Source: Bdellovibrionales bacterium
Lineage (GTDB): Bacteria; Bdellovibrionota; Bdellovibrionia; Bdellovibrionales; JAUICD01
Length of the DNA: 64,000 bases
Assembly: GCA_965262715.1 (NCBI GenBank)
Contig: OZ253553.1
Location: 2,144,001 to 2,208,000, forward strand
Direction: 5' to 3'
Position numbers and translations under genes: made by a program. Positions 41,852 through 52,243 of this stretch are shown piece after piece (the stretch's first letter is position 1; the number at the start of each line of letters is the position of its first letter). The notes beneath the pieces are model-generated. The model was not told the origin of the DNA. It worked only from the letters and a program-made list of their open reading frames with translations, and did no database searches.

Positions 41852-42724
41852 CTAATCAATAGCTTTAATTACTTCAGCACATCTATAACAAACATGTTCT
41901 GACTTCTTATAACTCTCTATAAGACTTCTTGTATGGCCATCTGTTATCTTTCCATATTTTCCTATCTCTTCAACTTTTGATATAAAACTAAAAAGAGAAG
42001 GTATCCTATTTAACAAAGCAAGATGATTGATACTTTGTTGAAATGTACGAGAAGTCATCATGTCTAGATCTCTCATAAAGTGGTTAATACCATCTATTTT
42101 TTCTTTTTTACATACATCTAAAAAATCAGTAACAGTCATCTTATTAATATTTAAGTGTTGTGCAGAAGCTTTATCATTATCTGTGTTTTGAATTAACCGG
42201 GGGTTAATACCAGTAACCAATTTAATAATATAATCAATATCAATGTCATTTGCAGAACAATCATATATAAGCTCACTATCAGTATATTTATTTCTAATTT
42301 TGTTATTGATTCTTTTTAGTTCCGCAAAAAACTTTAGAACGTCATCTCGAGGTATCTCTTTTGCATTTTGTATATCTTTATCATAAGGATTAAATCTATG
42401 TGCAAAAACGTTTCTTAAATACTTTAGTCTCTTCCTCATTTGACTGATATTGCATATCTCATCTTCAAAGTCATCAAGACCTTCAATATATTCTTTTAAA
42501 TTTTTTACAAAATCATCTAATTCTATTATAAAAAAATCTGCCAACAAATCTAAAAAAATATATAAGACCTCGTTATTTGGAAGTGGCCCTAGTTGTTGAG
42601 AAGCTATTAATTCATTAAGTTTTTTATGATATTTTATAAGAGGCTTATAAAATTTTTGAATTTTAATAAGATAGTCTTCAAATTTTTCTAAAGAAAAAGA
42701 CTCCTTTTTTTTATTACGTTTCAT
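41852..42724 (-). CDS. hypothetical protein with HEPN-like RxxxxH motif
   Basis: LKYLRNVFAH in an all-helical N-terminal region. Confidence 0.5.
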   Translation of the reverse strand: MKRNKKKESFSLEKFEDYLIKIQKFYKPLIKYHKKLNELIASQQLGPLPNNEVLYIFLDLLADFFIIELDDFVKNLKEYIEGLDDFEDEICNISQMRKRLKYLRNVFAHRFNPYDKDIQNAKEIPRDDVLKFFAELKRINNKIRNKYTDSELIYDCSANDIDIDYIIKLVTGINPRLIQNTDNDKASAQHLNINKMTVTDFLDVCKKEKIDGINHFMRDLDMMTSRTFQQSINHLALLNRIPSLFSFISKVEEIGKYGKITDGHTRSLIESYKKSEHVCYRCAEVIKAID

Positions 42725-42842
42725 TCCTTTTGTCCTCTATGTTTCACTACCATATACCACTCAAAGTTATAACACAAAAAACTAAAACCCTTTATACATT
42801 ATGACATCGATCATTTGTTAGCACTTCTTCTAAAAAGAACTT

Positions 42843-43268
42843 CTAGAGAAAGTCTTCAAAGATGTAAAGATTTTTAAAACTTTCTACAACTGCAAGAAGA
42901 GCATACACATTCTCATAACGAGTAGAAAGGTATAAATGTGCTCTTCTTAACCTTTCAAATTGCTGGCTATACTTAACTCTTTCTAACATTTCAAAAGAGC
43001 TTACAGACTTCACCTCAATAATAAAGAATCCTGAAGGATGCCTCATAAAAAGATCTATTTCAGCAAAAGGAGTTTTAAGATGTTTTTCGATAAGAGAAAA
43101 ACCTTGCTTTTCAAAGTGTAACTGAACACACTGTTCAGCGATTTTCCATCGAGGTGATGTGCTCCTTAACTCCTGCAAAGGTTTTTCGATGTTGGAAACA
43201 GGGGCCAAATTGGGATATAGCCTCTTTGTGTTTTTTTGTCGCATACCCTTTATGAATGTCAAAACCAT
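42843..43268 (-). CDS. yraN: YraN family protein (true start probably downstream of the ORF start)
   Basis: AEQ...KTPFAEIDL...IIEVK; follows rnhB. Confidence 0.8.
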   Translation of the reverse strand: MVLTFIKGMRQKNTKRLYPNLAPVSNIEKPLQELRSTSPRWKIAEQCVQLHFEKQGFSLIEKHLKTPFAEIDLFMRHPSGFFIIEVKSVSSFEMLERVKYSQQFERLRRAHLYLSTRYENVYALLAVVESFKNLYIFEDFL

Positions 43269-43770
43269 AACTTGGATACTCCCTTGCTAAAGTCAACATC
43301 TTTTGATCTCTAGTCACTTTTGCCATAATAGAAGCTGCTGCAATAGGAGTAGCCCTTAACTCCCCTTTAATCAAGGGAATCTGGTCAAACCCATTTAAAT
43401 TTGGGATGGGAAATTTCCCGTCTATAAGAAGTGTCCCATAAAAAACATTCAGTTTTAAAACTGCCCGCCTCATTGCTAACAAAGAAGCTTGCAAGATATT
43501 TATAGTATCGATTTCTACACGTGTGGCAAAACCAATAGCAAAGCTTTGACGAGCCATAATATCTTTTGCTAAATACTGCCTCCGATCTGGAGAAAGCAGC
43601 TTGGAGTCTGTATAGTCCTCTATTCCAGATAAGTCCTTCAAAATTACTGCTGCTGCGCAAACTGGACCCGCCAGACACCCTCTGCCAGCCTCATCAACTC
43701 CTATCACTGGAGAAGGAAGTTTTTCCCAATTTAGCCTATCCCAAGCTGATTTATTGATCTTCTTTGCCAT
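43135..43770 (-). CDS. rnhB: ribonuclease HII
   Basis: GVDEAGRGCLAGPV, DSK, IAAASIMAKVTRD, HKGYAT. Confidence 0.97.
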   Translation of the reverse strand: MAKKINKSAWDRLNWEKLPSPVIGVDEAGRGCLAGPVCAAAVILKDLSGIEDYTDSKLLSPDRRQYLAKDIMARQSFAIGFATRVEIDTINILQASLLAMRRAVLKLNVFYGTLLIDGKFPIPNLNGFDQIPLIKGELRATPIAAASIMAKVTRDQKMLTLAREYPSYGFDIHKGYATKKHKEAISQFGPCFQHRKTFAGVKEHITSMENR

Positions 43771-43839
43771 TATGAAATAAGGTAGTAGCCCCAACACATC
43801 TTATTTGCAAATAATGACTCAAATATCTACTTTTAATTC

Positions 43840-43896
43840 AAAATGTCGTGAAAAATTGTAAAAATGTCGCAATAACAGTTTTCACGACAATTTTAA
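43840..43896. repeat. 57-bp direct repeat, copy 1 (internally palindromic)
   Basis: TGTCGTGAAAA...TTTTCACGACA; 4 mismatches to 47564..47620. Confidence 0.85.
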
Positions 43897-43944
43897 TGTA
43901 TAATATTCACAGAATCTAAGAAACCTCAAAAAAGGGTTATATCA

Positions 43945-45356
43945 ATGTCTAGAAAAAGTATCACTCAAAAACAAGAATTAGAAAGTATTAGAGATATTTT
44001 AAAAAGTTTTCCGAGAGGGGCTTCTATAGAAGAAATAGAGCAAGAAACCGCAGGTTTAGGCCTAAAATGGACTCGAAGAACACTACAAAGGCGTCTTACT
44101 CTTTTATCTCAACGTAAAGAGATTGTTACAAAAGGCCTATCTCGCAGTATGAGATACTATCTGGCTGAATTAGCAAACAAACCTAAAATCACTACAGATG
44201 AATTAGATATACCGCTTTCAAGATCTGCTCAAAATCTCCTGGATTTAGTTAAACGTCCACTATTAAAAAGAGAACCTGTAACTTACCATCGTTCATTTTT
44301 AGAGTCTTACCAACCTAATAAAGATAGTTACCTAACACCTGCCCAAATAAAAAAATTAAGTCAACTGGGTCGAATCCAAACTCCTATTCAACCTATTGGT
44401 ACATACTCCAAGGATATTTTAGACCGCTTGTTGATTGATTTTTCATGGAATTCTAGTCGCCTTGAAGGAAACACTATTCTTTGCTAGAAACACAGAGACT
44501 ACTAGAATTTAATGAACGAGCTGATGGTAAACAGGCTAAGGAAGCTCAAATGATTCTTAATCATAAATATGCGATAAGATATCTTATTCAACCACCAGAC
44601 GAAAATATACCACCAGATCAAAATATAGGATTTAATTGCTATACAATTCTCAATTTACACGCATTGTTATCTAATAACTTATTATCATCTCGTGATTCAG
44701 GCACTTTACGTAAGAAGATTGTGAAGGTTAGCCATTCCACTTATAAACCATTAACAATTCCACAGATGATATCTGAATTATTTGATCTTATACTAAAAAA
44801 AGCAAGTCAAATTAAAAATCCCTATGAACAATCTTTTTTTATTATGGTTCATCTCCCTTATTTACAGCCTTTTGCAGATGTTAATAAACGTGTCTCTCGT
44901 TTAGCAGCAAATATTCCTTTTATTAAAAATCAGCTAGCACCTTTATCATTTATTCATGTACCTCAAGAAATTTACGTACAAGGCCTACTAGGTGTATATG
45001 AAATGAGACGTATATTTTTATTAAGAGATGTTTTTTTATGGGCTTATGAGCATTCTGCTAAACAATACAACGTTTTAAGTGATGTAGATAGCGGAAAACC
45101 AGATATTTTCCGTCTTAGATATCATAAAAAAATTACTCTACTTATATCCTCTTTAGTTCATCAAGCATTAAAACCAAAAAAAGCTTCAGTTAAAATTAAA
45201 TTAGAGTCAAAAAAACTTCCGAAAACAGATCAAACAAGGTTTGTAGAAATAATTGAGTCAGAGCTTTTGTCTCTACATGAAGGTAATTGTGCACGTTACA
45301 ACATTCAACTCTTAGAGCTTGAACATTGGAAAAAAATTTGGTCAAAAAAATCTTAA
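43945..45356 (+). pseudogene. Fic family protein with N-terminal HTH, split by a 1-nt deletion near 44478
   Basis: WNSSRLEGNT|(Y)SLLETQRL is broken between two ORFs; Fic-like motif YLQPFADVNKRVSRL; could be an assembly error. Confidence 0.85.
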
Positions 45357-45368
45357 AGGTAACTTTCT

Positions 45369-47501
45369 ATGGAAAACCCAATAAATATAATCAATCAAAG
45401 AAATAAAGAAGAATTAGAAAGATCTAAAAAAGAAATAGATAATTTTATTTTAGAATATGACCCTATTGAAACTCTTTTTTATATATCTCAGTATTATTAT
45501 ACATCTCAAGACTCTAACAAAATTGAAGAAAAAATAGAACTGCCCATAGTGAATTTTTTATTCAATATGTATTTAAAGCAAAAAGATTTAAAAAATAAAA
45601 AACCATCACAAAATGATATTAAGCAGTTAAAAGATACACTGATCAACTACTGTCGTGCTTTTCAACATTTAATAAGGTATAAAAATAATAACAACTCCTG
45701 GCTTCCTAAAGATAACTTTTTATATCTTTCGCAGGAGCAATACATTCTAAGCTTAACTCAACCTGAAATATATCTCCATCAGTTAGAAGAAAGGTTTAAA
45801 AGTTTATTTTTAAATATAAATGAAGATTTTTGTAAAGAGTTTGGGTTCAGTCCTCTAAGCGCATATTTATTTGCAGAAACAATAGGACATATCTATAGCA
45901 AAAAAATTAAAACTTCTAGCACAAATTTTTTATTTACTAAAGATGATATAGAAAATTTTCTAAATGCTGACCTTCCCGAAAAAAGAAGATATATTTTTAG
46001 AAAAGAACTCAATGCCTATCTTAAGAGTTTTTCTATTAAGGTAGGAGAAGGAAATTCTAATTATGATTCTTTATTAGATGAAGATATATCTTGGCAAAAA
46101 CCTATAATAAAAACACGAAATAGGTATTTAGGGATAAATATTCTTCAAGCTGAATATGGTATAATTAACCAATTAGAATGCTTAATTAAAAATAACAAAG
46201 AGAACAATACAACTTTATGGAAAAAATATAATAATGCAAAAAGTAAATACGCAGAAGACTTGGCTTACAAAAGTTTTCAAAAAATTTTCAAAAATCGAGT
46301 TTATAAAAATTTAAAATATCAATATAAAGGTAAGGATTGTGAACTTGATATTTTAATAGAATATGACAACAAGATCATCTTAGCTGAAGTGAAATCTGGC
46401 TCTTTAAGATATAAAGCAAAGGCCGGACATAAAAAAGAATTAGAAACAGGCTTAGAAAGGGTTCTTGGAAAAGCTTATGAACAAGCTAAAAGAGCTTCTG
46501 ATTATATTTTAAGTGAAGATCAACCTATCTTCTATCAAGGTAATAAACCTATCAGTCTCAAAAAATCAAACCATCTAGAGATCTTCTCTATTTGCATTGG
46601 CCTAGAAAATCTAATGATGATCACACAGAATTTAAAAACAGCTAAACTAGAAAATCTATTTAAAGAAAACCAATATCCTTGGGCTGTTAATCTTCTAGAG
46701 TTAGAAATTATTCTAAATCATATAGAATACCCTTCTTTATTTCTACATTACATAAAGGCCAGATTAGAAGCACAAAAACAAGATCAACAAATCATTTTCA
46801 CAACAGATGAACTCAGTTACTTTGGATTCTATCTAACAGCAAGTCCTCATGGTGGTTTCCATTTTAAAGATAATTACAATGTTGTATTTCTTCCTCCACA
46901 ATGGATTGAACCTTTTGACAAATATTATTGTACAAATGATCTTGATCCTCAAAAACAGCCTAAGCTTAACTTAGACTCTAGATTGAGAAGATTTATCAAA
47001 GAATGGGATCTTTTATATTCTCAAGGCAACCTGTTTTCTATTCATGGAGAAGATTTAAGAGAGCTTGCACAAAGTCCCAAACCAGCCACTCTTAAAAAAT
47101 TATTAAGAAAAAATCAAGGCCATATAGGTCACTCAGATATTATTTATTGGTTATTGTATTTTAATTCGTCCACTATAAAAGAAATTTTTGATTTAATAGA
47201 AAATTATACAAAAGATACAGAGAAAAACAAAAGACCTCATAGTTTATTTTTAGATGCAAACCCATTCTGTCTAACCTTCCATTCTCAGTATCAAGAAGAA
47301 GGTCTTCAAAAAAATATGCTAAGTTATGGTCTCACCAAAAAATATGAATTCAAAAAAGATTTATTATTAAGCCTAGGGACATACATAAGCCCTCAAAGTT
47401 CACAAATGATCAATGAAATTATGATTCTTGATTTTCCTTACAAGAAAGATTCAAAAATGCAAGAGCATCTTAATCTGTTGAAAAAATATAAAAAGAGTTA
47501 A
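45369..47501 (+). CDS. NERD / PD-(D/E)xK nuclease-domain protein
   Basis: ELDILIEYDNKIILAEVKS...KAYEQAKR motif. Confidence 0.65.
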   Translation: MENPINIINQRNKEELERSKKEIDNFILEYDPIETLFYISQYYYTSQDSNKIEEKIELPIVNFLFNMYLKQKDLKNKKPSQNDIKQLKDTLINYCRAFQHLIRYKNNNNSWLPKDNFLYLSQEQYILSLTQPEIYLHQLEERFKSLFLNINEDFCKEFGFSPLSAYLFAETIGHIYSKKIKTSSTNFLFTKDDIENFLNADLPEKRRYIFRKELNAYLKSFSIKVGEGNSNYDSLLDEDISWQKPIIKTRNRYLGINILQAEYGIINQLECLIKNNKENNTTLWKKYNNAKSKYAEDLAYKSFQKIFKNRVYKNLKYQYKGKDCELDILIEYDNKIILAEVKSGSLRYKAKAGHKKELETGLERVLGKAYEQAKRASDYILSEDQPIFYQGNKPISLKKSNHLEIFSICIGLENLMMITQNLKTAKLENLFKENQYPWAVNLLELEIILNHIEYPSLFLHYIKARLEAQKQDQQIIFTTDELSYFGFYLTASPHGGFHFKDNYNVVFLPPQWIEPFDKYYCTNDLDPQKQPKLNLDSRLRRFIKEWDLLYSQGNLFSIHGEDLRELAQSPKPATLKKLLRKNQGHIGHSDIIYWLLYFNSSTIKEIFDLIENYTKDTEKNKRPHSLFLDANPFCLTFHSQYQEEGLQKNMLSYGLTKKYEFKKDLLLSLGTYISPQSSQMINEIMILDFPYKKDSKMQEHLNLLKKYKKS

Positions 47502-47563
47502 TAACTCTCTTATACAAAAACCCGGTAAAGTTTTACTAGATATCCAATAGATGCGGTTTTCAA

Positions 47564-47620
47564 AAAATGTCGTGAAAAATTGCAAAAATGTCGTAATCAT
47601 AGTTTTCACGACAATTTTAA
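47564..47620. repeat. 57-bp direct repeat, copy 2
   Basis: Matches 43840..43896. Confidence 0.85.
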
Positions 47621-47672
47621 CAATTTCATTTATGGTCTTGACTTAAAATATTCATAAAAATAACAATAACAT

Positions 47673-48371
47673 ATGGCTAACTATATAAATCCTATTATTG
47701 TTTGTCTTGTAGCAGTATTAATAACAGGTTGTGTAACTCACCCAGGCTTTTATAGAGCATCTCTAAAATCTAGAATGAATAACAAATTTCACTATAATGT
47801 ACAACGTTCAGATTCTTACTGTCCAAAGACAGATGAAAAAGGTCGCCATGTTAAAAGCGAAGATGGCTATAAATATCAAGAGGTCTGCACTGACTCTAAT
47901 GGAAACAAATTATACTTAAGTAAACAAAAAGCTATTTCAGGTCTCGCTGAAATTGTTAAAGCGGAATGCGAAAAGCAAAATCTTAAATACAAGTTTGTAG
48001 GACAGGAAAATATTAAAGAATTTGTTAAAATGAGTGATTCTCGTTGTCGCACTAAAGTAACAGAAGATGAAAATACCTCTAGTTATGGCATCCAAAGAGA
48101 ACGAGGGGTTAAAGACTTCAGAGGCAGAGTAGTAGAAAAAGAGCCTTCTAATTATGACCGCCGAAGAAGGAAGAGGCTCAGAAACAGAGCAAGAGAGAAT
48201 AAAGATTATACATCTAGTTATGGCCATGGCCGCTTATATGAAGATTCAGGTACTGCTAACTATCAGAATTCTAATACCTCAAAAACAGGATATTCAACTA
48301 CAACTTGCTCAGAAAGTTTTCCCATCTATCGCCATAGCACTGATTTACATTATTTATGTGAGTCAAAATAA
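47673..48371 (+). CDS. hypothetical lipoprotein
   Basis: Lipobox LITGC; internal TSSYG duplication and an Arg-rich tract. Confidence 0.65.
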   Translation: MANYINPIIVCLVAVLITGCVTHPGFYRASLKSRMNNKFHYNVQRSDSYCPKTDEKGRHVKSEDGYKYQEVCTDSNGNKLYLSKQKAISGLAEIVKAECEKQNLKYKFVGQENIKEFVKMSDSRCRTKVTEDENTSSYGIQRERGVKDFRGRVVEKEPSNYDRRRRKRLRNRARENKDYTSSYGHGRLYEDSGTANYQNSNTSKTGYSTTTCSESFPIYRHSTDLHYLCESK

Positions 48372-48374
48372 TCT

Positions 48375-48689
48375 CTACATTAGGCTTTTATTATTTTCTA
48401 TCGTCTGGAACTGGACATTTACAAAATTAACAATTTCACTTTCATCAATAGCTTGCTCTATAATACACTCATCAAAGCTTTTTAATTCTTTAGCTACAAA
48501 ATCAATAGCATGATGCTCAGAATTAAATGAAGCTAAAATACTTTTTTCATGTATTACAAGATATTTACCCTTATATTTTGGGTTTTCTAAGACTTCTTTT
48601 AGATGCTCTTCATACCATTGAGTATTCTCTTTTTGCCTATCTGTAAGGTCAAACATAAACCACCTTTTATTTTTATAATCTATACTCAC
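48375..48689 (-). CDS. DUF5678-like small protein
   Basis: WYEEHL..KYKGKYLVIH pattern. Confidence 0.5.
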   Translation of the reverse strand: MSIDYKNKRWFMFDLTDRQKENTQWYEEHLKEVLENPKYKGKYLVIHEKSILASFNSEHHAIDFVAKELKSFDECIIEQAIDESEIVNFVNVQFQTIENNKSLM

Positions 48690-48988
48690 TTTTTATAAAC
48701 GTACAAGCTTTTTTATCAATTTTTTGGAATAATGCAAGAAAAACCAAACGTCTAAAAATAACCAAAATAGATGAAGAAATAACTAGAGATAAGACTAAGC
48801 TCATAACTGACTTCCTTAAATATAAGTTTATAGTATTTATCGGCACTTAATTAAGACAGGCCATCCTTAAATTCTCAAAATTATGCTTTAGAATAATCTG
48901 TATTGCCTTAAAATAACTCATCTCTTTCTTATCTTTCCTTATTCCGAGGTAATTCCTTAATCAACCGAATTTACAGACAAGATTTGAC

Positions 48989-49019
48989 TTAATGTACACT
49001 TAAGTTAAGTGTACATTAA
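48989..49019. promoter_or_regulatory. perfect 15-1-15 palindrome, probable TA operator
   Basis: TTAATGTACACTTAA-G-TTAAGTGTACATTAA, 18 bp upstream of the antitoxin ATG. Confidence 0.75.
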
Positions 49020-49037
49020 TAGAAATTAAGGTGTTCT

Positions 49038-49334
49038 ATGAAACTTTCAAAGACAAAGACCATAACTCAACTTAGAAACTCACTTTTTAAGACTTTTGAT
49101 GAAGTGATTGAAGGGCAATCTCAAGTTGTTATGCACAAAAAAGGTGATATGGTAGCAATAGTTCCCATACATGAAATAGAAAGGCTTGAAGATGAAATCA
49201 AGCTTCATAAAAATCTTGCTATTGGCTATGCTCAAGCTTTAAGAGGAGAAGGAATTTCTACTCAGACCTTAAAAAGGAGACTTAAAGAAAAGGAAAAAGA
49301 TTTGAGAAAAGATATAGTAAAAGTGGACATCTAA
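49038..49334 (+). CDS. Phd/YefM family antitoxin
   Basis: TITQLRNSL..FDEV..QVVMHKKG..AIVP pattern; operator palindrome. Confidence 0.8.
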   Translation: MKLSKTKTITQLRNSLFKTFDEVIEGQSQVVMHKKGDMVAIVPIHEIERLEDEIKLHKNLAIGYAQALRGEGISTQTLKRRLKEKEKDLRKDIVKVDI

Positions 49335-49434
49335 ATCCGAAGATGATTTAAGAGAAATGGCTGAATACATTACAAAAAATTTCAATGTCGGCTGGCTGCC
49401 AAAAAGTAGCTACAGCATTTTTAGCGATTTATAG
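49311..49434 (+). pseudogene. truncated RelE/ParE toxin remnant
   Basis: KWTSKSEDDLREMAEYITKNF is a typical ParE N-terminus; no in-frame start and the rest is missing. Confidence 0.7.
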
Positions 49435-49459
49435 AGCAAGAAAAAAGAGTAAATGGCTT

Positions 49460-49984
49460 ATGGCTGAAATGGAATTCTACAAACAAGACAATATTGATGA
49501 AAATCTATTCAAGGATGTCAAATGCCTAGCTGATAAAATTCTAAACCATTTGAATAAACCAAAAATTCGTGAAAAAATCTGTGAAGCTAATAAACTTGGA
49601 AATAACAGTCAGCAGATTCAAAAGGTTTTCCAAGGATATCTTGAATCGTTAGATTTTTCATCAGAGAAAAAAGGCTTATTTAAAGATACTCCAAATAAGT
49701 CACTTAGACCGGATTTTTTTAAAGAAATTGACTCATATAATGGTATATTAATTGAGGTTGAGAGGGGGAAGACCACAATCAATAACATGGATATGCTTGA
49801 TTTCTGGAAGTGTCATATTTGCCCAAAAGCAAACTTTCTTTTTTTATTTGTTCCCATAAAACTGCGTCAAAATAATAAAGATAAACCTCGTGATGAGTTC
49901 AAGACTGTAAAAGGCCGTATAGAATCCTTCTTCAATGAAGATACTTATACCAATGTAAAAGCCGTTTTCCTATTTGGATATTAA
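49460..49984 (+). CDS. restriction-endonuclease-like PD-(D/E)xK protein
   Basis: LRPDFF...ILIEVERGKT...DMLDFWK. Confidence 0.6.
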   Translation: MAEMEFYKQDNIDENLFKDVKCLADKILNHLNKPKIREKICEANKLGNNSQQIQKVFQGYLESLDFSSEKKGLFKDTPNKSLRPDFFKEIDSYNGILIEVERGKTTINNMDMLDFWKCHICPKANFLFLFVPIKLRQNNKDKPRDEFKTVKGRIESFFNEDTYTNVKAVFLFGY

Positions 49985-50417
49985 CAAAGGTGACAAGCTC
50001 TCTTTAGTATAGTGCTCTATTGTTTAATGCCAATTCAAAGTTGAGTGATCATAAGTATACACTACAAATATAAAATTAAGTTTTTTTTAAAATATACTTT
50101 TAAAAACCTGTCTAGCTGATTAAAATATAAGGGTTTTATAAGATAAATGTCAGGTTTTATCAAAAAAAATCAATGTAGTGTATATTTTTAATCACGAAGT
50201 CAGGAGATTCAATTTAACCTATAAAATAACAGAGGATAAAAGATACTTATTAAAATATTCCCAAATGAGGTTAAAAATGACTTCTTTTGAGTCGACATAA
50301 GAATAATTCACTAGCACAAAACTGAAATAGAAGTTAAAATAATCTTGACATCAAGAAACTCCATATGATATGCAACAGGTAGTTTTTTTGAGGTACTTAA
50401 AGATATAAGGAGATAAC

Positions 50418-50870
50418 ATGATAACGGCTTTAGATGTTTCTGAATATTTTTTAAAAGGATTAAGTGAGCCAGATGAAGGTGATATTATTTCCAATTTAAA
50501 GCTTCAAAAATTGCTTTATTACGCTCAAGGTATCCATCTAGCAAAATATGATGAACCTTTATTCAAAGATGAAATTGTTCATTGGCAACTTGGGCCTGTC
50601 GTTAAATCAGTGTATAAAAAATATAAAGAATATAATAATAAAGCATTAATTATACCAGATGAAATAGAGAATATTTCAAATTTTTCTAACACACATAAAG
50701 ACAGCATCAGGCTAACCTATAATAACTATGGCCAGTACTCTGCTTGGGTATTAAGTCAAAAAACACATCAAGAGGACCCATGGAAAAACACAGATCAGGA
50801 TGACATTATTACAAAAACGGCTATAAAAACATTTTTTAAGGTAGAGTTACCACGCTTAGGTGTTATTTAA
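50418..50870 (+). CDS. Panacea/DUF4065 (SocA/GepA-like) antitoxin
   Basis: ISNLKLQKLLYYAQG, WQLGPV, THQEDPW; AAGGAG RBS. Confidence 0.9.
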   Translation: MITALDVSEYFLKGLSEPDEGDIISNLKLQKLLYYAQGIHLAKYDEPLFKDEIVHWQLGPVVKSVYKKYKEYNNKALIIPDEIENISNFSNTHKDSIRLTYNNYGQYSAWVLSQKTHQEDPWKNTDQDDIITKTAIKTFFKVELPRLGVI

Positions 50871-51273
50871 AAAGTTGATTAACCCCTCAAAATATCTCCA
50901 AAAAGAATCAGTAAGTTTCCAAGAAACTCCAAGCTTTCAAAAAAGCCCCAATACGCTTAAACCCTACTTCGATTTTCAATATATCGATCGTAAAAATATA
51001 AAAAAAATAGCAAAAGAAGACTGGGAACAATTCACGAAAAAGCTAAGAATGTTAAAAGATCGTTCATGGGATGAAATAAATTCAAGCTCCAAAGGTCAAT
51101 TTGGATATGAAACTATACCAATAAAAAACCTTAGAAAGCCCCTAAACAATCCATTTGATGAAAACAAAGTCTATGTGTTTAAGTATTCTCAAAAAGGAAG
51201 ATTTTTAGGGTATAAAAAGCAAGATATTTTTTATATCATAAAAGTAGACCCAACTCATGAATATGATAAATAA
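50860..51273 (+). CDS. putative RelE-fold toxin paired with the Panacea antitoxin
   Basis: Overlaps the antitoxin; basic protein ending GRFLGY...FYIIKVDPTHE. Confidence 0.6.
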   Translation: MLFKKLINPSKYLQKESVSFQETPSFQKSPNTLKPYFDFQYIDRKNIKKIAKEDWEQFTKKLRMLKDRSWDEINSSSKGQFGYETIPIKNLRKPLNNPFDENKVYVFKYSQKGRFLGYKKQDIFYIIKVDPTHEYDK

Positions 51274-51367
51274 ACTAAAAATTAGCTTATAAGCTTTAAG
51301 AATTCTAAAAAACGTCTTTAAGAGTGAGGATTTCAAAGATTAACTCTAAAACCTCACTCTTTGAGAG

Positions 51368-51790
51368 AAATGGCTGACGATAAGCCGGATTCTGTAAAAT
51401 CAAAAAAAGACGTCATATCTCTCACACTTTTGACTTTTGCATCCATTCATCTGGGAGATACATTACTGCATCCCTCAGAGCCACAGGCTCGTAGAGCTAC
51501 AAGCTCATAGAGCCTAAGCTTGCAGAGCCATAAGCTCATGCGATCAACCCGAAAGCAGGTGCTGGCTACACTTTTTATGCTCTCCTATTTGATCTTGCTT
51601 CGCACAGAGTTTAGCTGGTTTCACTACAGCAATTGTTTCCTTAAAAGGAAACAATCCTGTACATACTTTCTGTTCCACTTGTCCTCACTTTACAGTGGAG
51701 GGGCGTTACCCCTTGTGCTGCCATACGAAGTCCGGACTTTCCTCTCTGCTATACCAAACGACATAACAGAGCGAATGCATATCAACCGCC
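51368..51790 (-). ncRNA. rnpB: RNase P RNA (type A) with tandem-hairpin insertion
   Basis: Minus strand carries GAGGAAAGTCCGGAC, AAGCAAGATCAAATAGG, CAGATGAATG and ACAGAATCCGGCTTATCG conserved blocks. Confidence 0.95.
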
Positions 51791-51795
51791 TATTT

Positions 51796-51824
51796 ATAGT
51801 AACAATTTTTACTGAATTTGACAA
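51796..51824 (-). promoter_or_regulatory. sigma70-type promoter of rnpB
   Basis: TTGTCA-17 bp-TACTAT with an extended TG, ending 5 bp before the predicted RNA 5' end. Confidence 0.7.
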
Positions 51825-51855
51825 GGTTTAAGGTTTGGTTTTGGCCATACTATTT

Positions 51856-52188
51856 TTATTTAGGTTCAAGAACAGGCTTGTTTTTTTGAAAGTTAACAAT
51901 AGGGGTAGGAAGGTCTGATTGAGATTGACTGGTAAGATTTTGATGTGCTTTATAAAGATCAACTGCTCTCTGGAGGTTCAACCAAAAATCAGGGGTTGTA
52001 TTAAATGTAGAAGCCAATTTTAGTGCTAAAATAGTTGAAATAGGCTCTTTATTATTAATAAGTCGATTGAGCACCTTCTCATCACAGTTAATGTGATCTG
52101 CTAGATCCTTTTGCGTTAATTGAAGTGGAATAAGAAATTCTTCTTTTAACATCTCTCCAGGCGTTGTTGGCATTCTTTTTATCTTCAT
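51856..52188 (-). CDS. higA: HigA family antitoxin
   Basis: PTTPGEMLKEEFL, TTPDFWLNLQ. Confidence 0.92.
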   Translation of the reverse strand: MKIKRMPTTPGEMLKEEFLIPLQLTQKDLADHINCDEKVLNRLINNKEPISTILALKLASTFNTTPDFWLNLQRAVDLYKAHQNLTSQSQSDLPTPIVNFQKNKPVLEPK

Positions 52189-52243
52189 TATAACAACCCT
52201 CTCCATTATAATAATCGGTTGCTTAATATCTAACCTTTACCCT

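Noticed and set aside
51520..51831. 103-aa ORF on the + strand
   Set aside because: Antisense shadow of the RNase P RNA gene
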